Shown: positions 1 through 8,060 of the stretch, piece after piece
Numbering within the stretch: the first letter of the stretch is position 1
How the letters are laid out: every line of letters starts with the position of its first letter
Assembly (NCBI GenBank): GCA_035285545.1
Contig: JAYKGY010000093.1
Span: 1 to 14,389 of the forward strand
Reading direction: 5' to 3'
Length of the DNA stretch: 14,389 nt
DNA from: Snowella sp.
GTDB lineage: Bacteria > Cyanobacteriota > Cyanobacteriia > Cyanobacteriales > Microcystaceae
Program-made: the position numbers and the translations under genes
Notes under the pieces: generated by a model
What the model saw: only the letters and a program-made list of their open reading frames with translations
Database searches by the model: none
What the model was told of the DNA's origin: nothing

Positions 1-1099
1 CCCTTAATTCTTCATGCCATTGGGGTTGAACACTGGCAGGAACCAGAATCAAAATACGTTTAGCTTTTTGAGACACCCACAAATAACGGGTAATGAGTCC
101 TGCACTAATGGTTTTGCCTAAGCCAACCTCATCACAAATAATGGCAGAAGTGGGGTAATTACTAATAAAACGACGAAGAATCTTAAGCTGATGTACCCAA
201 GGTTTGACAGGAATCGATTTTAGGCAATAATCTAAACAACCTGGGTGATTATGAATTTCCAATAAAGGTCTAAATTTTTCCTGTTCCGCTGCTATTTCTT
301 CGGGCGACAGCTTCTCTTCAGGTTGATCGGTACTGATAGGTTCTGTTTCTAAATTAATAGGGCGATTATCTTCTTCAGTTTGCCGTGACCAATTGGGTTT
401 CGTGGAAGGGGCATAATGCAGCAAACGTTTTTTAACGGCTTCAGGTACATCGAAAACTTTGACATTAGGCGACAAATCATTCCACAACTGATCAAAGCGG
501 AATTGTTCCTCATTAACCCGTTCTAGATCTCTTTTACCTTCCCAAGAACAATAAACATGAAAAGATTCGACGTTTTGTTCCCAACCGCTTAAGGATTCAT
601 TATTAGAGCCGTTAAAAGCAAGTCGATTACCCTGATTATCGGTAAAAATACCTGATTTTTCATGAAAAAGATGATTAGTATCAAGATCATCGGGTAAACC
701 GCTGGATTTGAGAGGAACAGCAATTTTAATTTCGAGGAAGCCTTGGGCAATTAGCCAACTCAAGATCTCAAAGTGTTTAAGTTGGGCGAGATTTGTTGGT
801 GCTTGTAATTCTCGATCTAAACAGGCGGCGATCGCGTCTCGTAATTCGTAACCTTTTTGAATGGCTTGCAGGTCTTGCGGAGAAAATTGACACCCCATAA
901 TTAATCGCATTTTGCCATTGTGGTTAAGCATGGCTCCTAAGCCTGCGGCGACTCTAGAAAGGATCGCACTATTAAAGAAGCCTGATTTGCGATCATACTG
1001 TATGGCGCATTCTAGAGCAGGAATGTAAAAATCAGCGATAGGGTTGTTTTCATTAGAAGAATAACTAATTAACCATCCTTTTTCATCCAAGGTTTTCAT
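1..1099 (-). CDS. PLD (HKD) nuclease - SNF2/SWI2 helicase fusion, 5' part (runs off window); effector of DUF499/DUF1156 restriction-like system
   Basis: Not in ORF track; translated by hand from ATG 1099 with no stop to the edge: MKTLDEKGWLISYSS...FYIPAL...YDRKSGFF...LFHEKSGIFTD...AFNGSNNES (HxK..D/GSxN PLD motif)...PWVHQL...ICDEVGLGKT (SNF2 motif I)...ILILVPASVQPQWHEEL (motif Ia). Confidence 0.93.
   Translation of the reverse strand, partial: MKTLDEKGWLISYSSNENNPIADFYIPALECAIQYDRKSGFFNSAILSRVAAGLGAMLNHNGKMRLIMGCQFSPQDLQAIQKGYELRDAIAACLDRELQAPTNLAQLKHFEILSWLIAQGFLEIKIAVPLKSSGLPDDLDTNHLFHEKSGIFTDNQGNRLAFNGSNNESLSGWEQNVESFHVYCSWEGKRDLERVNEEQFRFDQLWNDLSPNVKVFDVPEAVKKRLLHYAPSTKPNWSRQTEEDNRPINLETEPISTDQPEEKLSPEEIAAEQEKFRPLLEIHNHPGCLDYCLKSIPVKPWVHQLKILRRFISNYPTSAIICDEVGLGKTISAGLITRYLWVSQKAKRILILVPASVQPQWHEELR
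828..835. repeat. HIP1 octamer GCGATCGC (also at 8029, 8335, 8644, 12357, 13829, 14359)
   Basis: Seven exact copies found by eye; this over-represented palindrome is typical of many cyanobacterial genomes. Confidence 0.85.
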
Positions 1100-1121
1100 A
1101 AAAAGCTTATTATTAATATTT

Positions 1122-1175
1122 TTTAAATAAATATAACAATATAAATAGTAAAAATTATTTAAATTATATAAACAA
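1122..1175. repeat. Array A of degenerate 9-bp tandem units (consensus TATAAATAA)
   Basis: tttaaataa atataacaa tataaatag taaaaatta tttaaatta tataaacaa. Confidence 0.7.
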
Positions 1176-1189
1176 TTTTTACTATTTAT
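1141..1189. repeat. Perfect 16-bp inverted repeat (possible hairpin, terminator or operator)
   Basis: ataaatagtaaaaatt (1141-1156) and aatttttactatttat (1174-1189); the stem extends 4 more bp after one mismatch. Confidence 0.75.
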
Positions 1190-1263
1190 TTCATTTTACT
1201 TCAGTTGTACTCGAAACTAAATTCAACATTAATATTTTAGAAATTATTACGTTATTAACTAAA

Positions 1264-3150
1264 TTACATCTTTTCAAGTAAATCAATGTGAGATCGTATT
1301 TCTTTAATTTCCAAATCATATTGAGAACGAGTAATTAGATTTTTAGAGAGTTTTTCCTTTAAAATACTAAGTTTTTGGGCAATTATCTTTTTATATTGTT
1401 CCTTAAGAACTAATTTTTTTTGCATCTTTTTTTCTAACTTTTCTTTTTCTATTTTTATAACTTCTTGAACTTTTTCATTGACCATTTGAGCAATTCTATC
1501 TTCTGTTAATATATTCAAATCATTATCTTTACTCACTTGAGTAATAGGTTTATCTAATTGATCAGTCTGATTAATAATTGGTTTTAAGCTATTTAATTCT
1601 TCTATTTGTAAATTATCAATTTTTAAATCTTGAAATTGGGTTTGATTATTACTTGAATTTGTATCTAAATTTGTTGAGTGAATTTCTGAATATATATTTT
1701 CATGATTGAAGTCATTAGCAATTGTTTGATTAATCTCAATTACATGTTCATTTTCTATTGTGTTAGATTTAAAATTTTCTTCTTGTAACGGACTATCAGT
1801 TGTAGGTAAAAATAATTTAGGAGTAATAAGTCTGCGAATTTCTTTAATATTCTCTTCTGAAATCTGCATAATTTTAGCCATGCGATCATGTAATTCTATT
1901 TCTAATAAATGTATATGATCATCCGCTTTTGCGATTTCCCATGCTAATGTTAATATTAATTTTCGCTTAATTTCTCTTTTTTCTTTTTTCTGTTCATTAA
2001 AAATCCCCATGACAACAAGCTCATCTAGGCTATTATTTGAATTTAGTGCTTGTTGAACTCTTTCCTTATCTTCCTTTTGTAATGTTGAATTATTCATCAT
2101 TTGATAAATAGCATCTTTTTCTTTTGGATCGACATGCCCATCTGCATGCATTATTGGTAAAGCTCCAATAACAACATCGGCTAAAAATTTACTAGCTTTT
2201 TTTTCTTCATTCTTTTGAAATAAAATCATTGATCCACTAAATATACCCGCACCTAATCCAACTCCAACCGCTATGGGAGCAAGAGTTGTTAACATAGCAT
2301 AAGCAGAGGCACTAACTAGGATCCCTCCTTTAAGACCCAATAAAGCTAAAACTTGGTTTCCCAAAGTTGCTTGTGCAAAAACAGAGGTGGTAGCTCCTGC
2401 TGTTCCAAAACCAGCAATGCTTCCACCTGTAGCCCCTACCAAGAAAGAAGTACTAACTTTTTCCCAAGGTTCTAAGCTTTCTTTAATACAATTAATATCT
2501 AAAGAATTTATTTGAATATTAGAAGCATCTTGTTCTGATAAATAAATAACAAGATCAGATAATTCATTTTGAAAATATTTATTAATTTCATTTGATAATT
2601 CTATTCCCTGTTTTTTTAGGGTATTTTCTAATTCGTCAATTTTAGGTGATAAATCATCAAAAAAGATTTGGGCTTGGCCATTCAACTTATCCCAGCGTGG
2701 CCCTAATTCTGTTTTTATTGTTAAAATATCATCTTCTATATCTTGAAAATCGCTACCATATCTAGCCTTCATTTCCCTAAATACATTTTTATCTATACTG
2801 CTAATCAGATCCATTGTTAATAAAATTACCGTCAACGATAATAAGATTGCCAAAGGCCCTGTTACTAAACTAATGACAGGAAATGTCGTTAATGGGACAA
2901 GAGAATTTGCCAAAAATGATAAAATTCCACCTAATATTAATAAGCCTGTTGTGGCATATTTTTTAGCTTTAGAATTTGGTGCAGAATCTTGATAAATCCT
3001 AATTAAAACTTGTATATAGGAAGGGATCTTTGCAAGTCTTGTTAAAGAAAACTGCATTAAAGTGCCCAGACAAACTAAGATAATGGGGATAACTACAGAA
3101 AAAAACTGGGTAATAACAGGAAGTAATACAGGAAGTACAAATTGTAGCAT
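1264..3150 (-). CDS. Membrane-associated TerB-domain protein (N-terminal TM helices, Gly-rich hydrophobic region, TerB domain, C-terminal coiled coil with SHOCT-like motif)
   Basis: 628 aa. Paired TerB motifs IMHADGHVDPKEK and LAWEIAKADDHIHLLE; hydrophobic N-terminal ~120 aa; GATGGSIAGFGTAG...GVGLGAGIFSG; C-terminal LKEKLSKNLITRSQY. Confidence 0.8.
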   Translation of the reverse strand: MLQFVLPVLLPVITQFFSVVIPIILVCLGTLMQFSLTRLAKIPSYIQVLIRIYQDSAPNSKAKKYATTGLLILGGILSFLANSLVPLTTFPVISLVTGPLAILLSLTVILLTMDLISSIDKNVFREMKARYGSDFQDIEDDILTIKTELGPRWDKLNGQAQIFFDDLSPKIDELENTLKKQGIELSNEINKYFQNELSDLVIYLSEQDASNIQINSLDINCIKESLEPWEKVSTSFLVGATGGSIAGFGTAGATTSVFAQATLGNQVLALLGLKGGILVSASAYAMLTTLAPIAVGVGLGAGIFSGSMILFQKNEEKKASKFLADVVIGALPIMHADGHVDPKEKDAIYQMMNNSTLQKEDKERVQQALNSNNSLDELVVMGIFNEQKKEKREIKRKLILTLAWEIAKADDHIHLLEIELHDRMAKIMQISEENIKEIRRLITPKLFLPTTDSPLQEENFKSNTIENEHVIEINQTIANDFNHENIYSEIHSTNLDTNSSNNQTQFQDLKIDNLQIEELNSLKPIINQTDQLDKPITQVSKDNDLNILTEDRIAQMVNEKVQEVIKIEKEKLEKKMQKKLVLKEQYKKIIAQKLSILKEKLSKNLITRSQYDLEIKEIRSHIDLLEKM

Positions 3151-3255
3151 TTAGATTTTACTCTCTTAGTAAACTAATCGGATAAATAAATTGTCTAATA
3201 CTCTGGAGAAAAATTAATTTTTTGGCGTTAATTAATTTTAATTCCTATATTTTAA

Positions 3256-4503
3256 TTATTTCCAAGGCATTAGCTTAAAATGACTGTTTTTTAGTCGTTT
3301 ATTTTCTTCATCAAGATGATGAATTTGTTGAAGATACTTAGTTTCTAGTTTATCAATTTCTTGTTTGAGTAAGTTTTGAAACTCATTTTGAAGTTCTTTT
3401 TTTAAAATATTTGTATTTTTTTTGATCATTTCCTCATGAACATTAGCTAATCCTTGAAACTCACCTTTAAGGTTACTCTTAAGTTGATTCTGAATTGTAT
3501 TAATTTGAGATTTTGTCGAGCTAATAAAACTATTAATATTATCTATTTTCTCTTTAAAAACTTCTTCATTTTTATCAGCTATTTCCATAAAACTTTTATC
3601 AAAAGTCTTTTCTAACTCTCGTGTAAAATTATTTAGATTAGACTTTTCTGAGAGAATAAAATTTTCTAGATTGGTTAACTTTTTTGTAGCATTAACAACT
3701 AGGTTTTCACCACCTAAAGATTTAGTTAATTCGGTAATCGAGTTTAAAATTGTTCTTAATTCAGTTTCTTTTCTATCAAATTCTTTTAAAGTGATTTTGG
3801 CAAAATCACAGTTTTGATCTGTTTTTTTGAATAATTTGTTAATTGATTCATATATTCCATTAATTTTTTCCAACGTTTGCCTAGTTTCTAAAAGTACGTT
3901 ATTACGCCATTGCTCAATTTGCAATTTACCTGCTTCAAATTCAGGTAAGTAATTATTTAAACAAGAATCGATATTCGATTGAATTTGAAAGTCTACAGTA
4001 TCAAGTTTTTTGGCAATTTCTTGTACTTGATTAAACTTCTCAATTAAAGTGTTAGTACCACCTAAATGATCTATTTTTTTAATTAAAGATGTAGTAATTT
4101 CTTGCAGATTTTGAGTTTGTTGTTGGAGTGATTTAGCAACTTCCCTTCCATTACTAATTTCATTTAATAATTCATCTAAATGTACTAATTTTTCTAAATT
4201 TTGCTGAAGCTTATTTGCTCCACCTAGTTCTTGAATTAATTGATCTAAACGATTAGCAACTTCAATAGTTTCTTCGAGTTCAGTCTTTTGTAAGTTAACA
4301 GCTTTAAGGTTTGCTTCAATTTGCTGAATATTTATTTTAATAGAGTCTACCTTCTGAATAGCGTTAGAGACAGTAGCTTCTATTTTTTGTTTTGCTTGAT
4401 CAATGATTTTAGGATCCCATGCATCGTTTAACCCTTGTTGAATTAATTTAGTTAACTCTTGGAGGGCTTTAATAGTTTCGTAATCTGAGTGAAAGTCTTT
4501 CAT
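3256..4503 (-). CDS. Long coiled-coil hypothetical protein with three LGGxN repeats
   Basis: 415 aa, rich in L/I/E/K/Q/N with heptad pattern and no catalytic motif seen; starts 24 bp after the helicase stop. Confidence 0.85.
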   Translation of the reverse strand: MKDFHSDYETIKALQELTKLIQQGLNDAWDPKIIDQAKQKIEATVSNAIQKVDSIKINIQQIEANLKAVNLQKTELEETIEVANRLDQLIQELGGANKLQQNLEKLVHLDELLNEISNGREVAKSLQQQTQNLQEITTSLIKKIDHLGGTNTLIEKFNQVQEIAKKLDTVDFQIQSNIDSCLNNYLPEFEAGKLQIEQWRNNVLLETRQTLEKINGIYESINKLFKKTDQNCDFAKITLKEFDRKETELRTILNSITELTKSLGGENLVVNATKKLTNLENFILSEKSNLNNFTRELEKTFDKSFMEIADKNEEVFKEKIDNINSFISSTKSQINTIQNQLKSNLKGEFQGLANVHEEMIKKNTNILKKELQNEFQNLLKQEIDKLETKYLQQIHHLDEENKRLKNSHFKLMPWK

Positions 4504-4527
4504 AAAATTTAGTTACAAATACAATAA

Positions 4528-6921
4528 TTAAGAATTTAAATTAGATTGAACCCAATCTCGCATAAGCGGTATCAGACTTGTAGATGGTTGATCTAATAAA
4601 CTTTTAAATAAGCCTTGATATGATTGAGATGATTCAAATTCATAGAAAGATAATAAGCGATCTGCTTCAAAGGTAAGTTTACGAGAGCATAAATCTTTAG
4701 CAATCCCCTGAATAATATCTTCAAAAGCATTTGGATCTTTAGAACATAATGACTCTGCTATAGAAGCCGCTTGCCACGATTGACCTAAACCACGATAAAT
4801 TAAAACTTTTAATCGAATATTACTCTGAACTATAGGTTGTTCCAGATATGTTAATAAAGATTGAGCTTTTTCGATATCAAATAATATTTCTACCATCTGA
4901 CATTCTAAATCAATTACTTCATTACGTTGTAATCCATAATTTGCTAGGACTAAATATAAATCACAGTACAAAACAGGAGAAGATTGATTTAACTCTGATA
5001 ATAAAACTTCAATTAATCCAATAGATTCGGTTTCACTAAATTGTAATTCATTACTTAATTCTGTAATCCAATTCAAAGCATGTTTCACCGCGTCGGCGTT
5101 ATCATACTCAATCCTTTCAATACAAGAAATTTGTTGTTTAGTTTCCTGACTAGTAATGATTGCATTATTAAAAAGTTCTTCTCCAATATTAGCCAATTGA
5201 GAGTCAGTAGTTACAATCAATAGACGTTCACGAGAACGAGTTAATTGTGTGTACCATTTTGTATAAGCTTCTAATTGCCCATAGTTTTTTGGTAAATCGA
5301 ATATACAAAAAGCAATGCAAGCATTGAATTCTCGCCCTTTTGCTTGAGAGACTGGCATAAATTCAAGATTTTCTCGTAATTTGGCTGTAACGTGATAATT
5401 ATCACTACAAAAAATACGCGCCCTCCCCGCTAAACGCCGTAGTAAAGAATGTTTCAATTCCCAATCACTTGTCCCTATTTGCATTTTTTGAGAGACAATA
5501 TCTATTAAAGGGTGCAAGAATGATTCTGCTGTTTCTAAATCAGGATAAACGAGCATTTTAATTAACTCACCTGGTTTTTTAGAACACCTTTCTGTATCCG
5601 TTGCTTTAGGCAGCCAATGCCCTCTCCATCCACAGTTAATTTGATGGGCTTTATTTTGAAATTGATTCGCTAAAGTTAAAATTCGTTGAGTTGTACGATA
5701 ATCGCGCCAATTAGTGTTTTGTTCATTATTAAGATGCAACGCTCCCCAAGTAAAATCTACAGGTATAATGCGCTGATTCAAATCACCTAGTAACCAAAGG
5801 CTTGTTAAATGCTCATGTTGCTCTTGCCAATAATTGCAAAGGTATTTACAAATTTCAATTTCATTAAGTAAATAATCTTGGGCTTCATCTATAATAATTA
5901 TTGTGCCAAAAGCATCAAAACAAGGTTCTGGAGGATTTTCCTGAAGATAATTAAGAACAGTTATAGAATAATCAAATCGACATTTTTTATTAGAATCAAA
6001 ACTTTCAATCCACCAATTTGTTTTAATATTGGATAATTCTTGGATGCGTTGCGAATTATCTTTATAAATTTCATCGTGTTGACTATTGGGATTAGCGACA
6101 TAAATTTGATAAAGCAAAACATCTCTATAAGTAATTGGGGCATACGAGCGAGTTGACCAATGATATTTTTTTTCTGCTAATTCTTGTAAATGTTTAAGTT
6201 CTTCATCAGGTGAAAACACTGTCACTGGCAAGTTAGAAAATCGGCTTTGTAACCATTGATGAAAAGTGCCCATGAAAAAATGCTTAGGGTTAGTTTCCAT
6301 TACCTGTTTCACGCAACGGTACTCTAAAACTTGTTTGACTAGTACTTCTGGTAAAAGAAAAATTACATCATATCCAGAATTCAACATCTCACAGGCTTTA
6401 TAAGCAGCAGTTACTGTTTTACCCGTTCCAGGAGGAGACTGAGTAATTAAAGAATGAAAACCGATTAGATCCTTTGAATAATAATTTGATTGAGGCTCTG
6501 CTAACTCAGCGTCTGCTTTCTGTTGCCCGCTAACAATAGGAGAATTATGATAACCTCCATTAGTATAAACATCCCACTCTATACCAGTTTCTCCATTCCA
6601 TTCGTAACAGGGGTCTCTCGGTAAAGCATTGAAATCTTGATTGTAAAAATCACCAACATCTTTTCCTTTACGTAAACCAGCAGCAATAACACAAAATTCA
6701 TTTGGATAATTTGAATAATCTAAAGCTAGACGAAGATACGCACCGCTACTTAACCCATGCTTATCACGAACAACGTTTTCTGCCCCTCTTATTTCTACTA
6801 AACCAGAAGTCCAACCTCCTTGTAGATCGGTTAGGATCTTAGGAACTACTCGATTATTCATACTAGATCTCAAATCTCGTAATTCCCGAATAGCGTGGCG
6901 AGTTAAAGTGATTTGTGTCAT
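4528..6921 (-). CDS. SF1 (UvrD-like) helicase with putative N-terminal RelE/ParE-like domain and helical C-terminus
   Basis: 797 aa. Motifs SPPGTGKT (I), IIIDEAQD (II), LLGDLNQRI (III), DYRTT (IV), AKGREF (V), YTQLTRSRERL (VI). The N-terminal ~95 aa RelE-like call is less certain than the helicase call. Confidence 0.85.
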   Translation of the reverse strand: MTQITLTRHAIRELRDLRSSMNNRVVPKILTDLQGGWTSGLVEIRGAENVVRDKHGLSSGAYLRLALDYSNYPNEFCVIAAGLRKGKDVGDFYNQDFNALPRDPCYEWNGETGIEWDVYTNGGYHNSPIVSGQQKADAELAEPQSNYYSKDLIGFHSLITQSPPGTGKTVTAAYKACEMLNSGYDVIFLLPEVLVKQVLEYRCVKQVMETNPKHFFMGTFHQWLQSRFSNLPVTVFSPDEELKHLQELAEKKYHWSTRSYAPITYRDVLLYQIYVANPNSQHDEIYKDNSQRIQELSNIKTNWWIESFDSNKKCRFDYSITVLNYLQENPPEPCFDAFGTIIIIDEAQDYLLNEIEICKYLCNYWQEQHEHLTSLWLLGDLNQRIIPVDFTWGALHLNNEQNTNWRDYRTTQRILTLANQFQNKAHQINCGWRGHWLPKATDTERCSKKPGELIKMLVYPDLETAESFLHPLIDIVSQKMQIGTSDWELKHSLLRRLAGRARIFCSDNYHVTAKLRENLEFMPVSQAKGREFNACIAFCIFDLPKNYGQLEAYTKWYTQLTRSRERLLIVTTDSQLANIGEELFNNAIITSQETKQQISCIERIEYDNADAVKHALNWITELSNELQFSETESIGLIEVLLSELNQSSPVLYCDLYLVLANYGLQRNEVIDLECQMVEILFDIEKAQSLLTYLEQPIVQSNIRLKVLIYRGLGQSWQAASIAESLCSKDPNAFEDIIQGIAKDLCSRKLTFEADRLLSFYEFESSQSYQGLFKSLLDQPSTSLIPLMRDWVQSNLNS

Positions 6922-7113
6922 AGCCCAAGTTTTAAATCACTGCATCAGCAATTTAAAAAATTACCTTTTTAATAAATAAAATGACAAAGCACTAAATTCT
7001 TACCCTCGTCACAAGCAAAGGGGCTTTTTTTCGGAACGCATCACCGTTCTTCAAAAGGCCACTTCAAGGAGCGAAGAATTAAGCTCAGTGGTTATTAAAT
7101 TAAAATGAAAGTT

Positions 7114-7135
7114 ATTGTATTGCAGTTAATACAAT
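7114..7135. promoter_or_regulatory. Palindrome, candidate operator upstream of the three-gene cassette
   Basis: attgtatt-gcagtt-aatacaat: perfect 8-bp arms with 6-bp spacer, ~200 bp upstream of the helicase ATG. Confidence 0.35.
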
Positions 7136-7280
7136 CGAAATATATTTTTTATAACTTTTTGGCTTTTTACGCTCTCCACTAAATCAGCAGGGCGTTGTTC
7201 TAATGACTAATTGTACAATACCAGACTCAACTGGTAAAAGAATTTGAAACATTAATTTAATTTTTGCCTGAGTCCGATTC

Positions 7281-7339
7281 TAAAAAAAATACAAATAATA
7301 CAATATAAATTGTATAAATAATTTAAATGCTATAAATAA
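7281..7339. repeat. Array B of degenerate 9-bp tandem units
   Basis: taaaaaaaa tacaaataa (tacaa) tataaattg tataaataa tttaaatgc tataaataa; abuts the Uma2 stop codon. Confidence 0.7.
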
Positions 7340-7340
7340 T

Positions 7341-7973
7341 TTACTGTTGGCGTAACCATTGACGAAATTCTCGAATCAAAGCATTTTCGCCTAATTTTCC
7401 TTTTTTGGCTAAAAAGTTTAGCAGATCAGAACGGCTTAGGATTGGTAGAACACTGGAACGTTCTTGGAGTTGATAATTGCCGTCTTTAAGAATATAGATC
7501 CATAGGTCTTTGCTATCAAAACGCCATATCTCGGTTACACCTAAAGCGGCATAGATACTGAGACGATTTAAGGAGCTACTGGTTAAATCGATTTCTATTG
7601 CCAGATCGGGGGGTGGATCGATGTTGAGATTGAATTGGGTTTTTCCTCGGATGGTTGCTTCTTGGGTGATGTAATAGCATTCGTCGGGTTCAAGTCCTTT
7701 ACTCAAGTCTTCTCGGCTCCAAGTTGTTGAACCCAAGCTACAAATTTCTAATCCTAATTCTTCGGTGGCGGATTCTACTAAGCGGCCCAAGAGTCGTTTA
7801 CTGGCTTCGTGTTCGGGTAAGGGGGTCATGATTTCTAAAACGCCTTGATCATAGGTAAGTCGTTTACTGGGGGTTTCTGCCAAGTCAATCACAAGATCCT
7901 GATAGGTTTCCCATCGAATCCCAGATAGGACGGTACGATTTTCTTGTTGGACAGGTTGGGATGTTGTAATCAT
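7341..7973 (-). CDS. Uma2 (DUF820) family PD-(D/E)xK endonuclease-like protein
   Basis: 210 aa. ISW/IRWETY-type start, RLTYDQGVLEIMTPLPEHE, GLEPDECYY, PPDLAIEID, YAALGVTEIWRFD: the typical cyanobacterial Uma2 pattern. Confidence 0.95.
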   Translation of the reverse strand: MITTSQPVQQENRTVLSGIRWETYQDLVIDLAETPSKRLTYDQGVLEIMTPLPEHEASKRLLGRLVESATEELGLEICSLGSTTWSREDLSKGLEPDECYYITQEATIRGKTQFNLNIDPPPDLAIEIDLTSSSLNRLSIYAALGVTEIWRFDSKDLWIYILKDGNYQLQERSSVLPILSRSDLLNFLAKKGKLGENALIREFRQWLRQQ

Positions 7974-8060
7974 CGATTTAACCCTATTTCAAGTTGTTTC
8001 AGTTATCCAATTTCCTTTGACCGTTAGCGCGATCGCCTATCGCCGTAAATCTTGATTTAG

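Noticed and set aside
1264..3150. Tellurite-resistance (ter) operon or Shango system
   Set aside because: No terA/C/D/Z genes, and no Shango-type ATPase or SF2 helicase in the cassette; only a TerB domain.
5961..6143. 60-aa minus-strand ORF
   Set aside because: Alternative frame wholly inside the helicase gene; no motif.
7117..7132. NtcA box
   Set aside because: GTA and TAC are 10 nt apart, not the canonical 8.
7281..7342. 9-bp arrays as CRISPR repeats or Xer/dif sites
   Set aside because: No repeat-spacer structure or cas genes; poor match to the XerD arm TTATGTTAAAT and no 11-6-11 layout.
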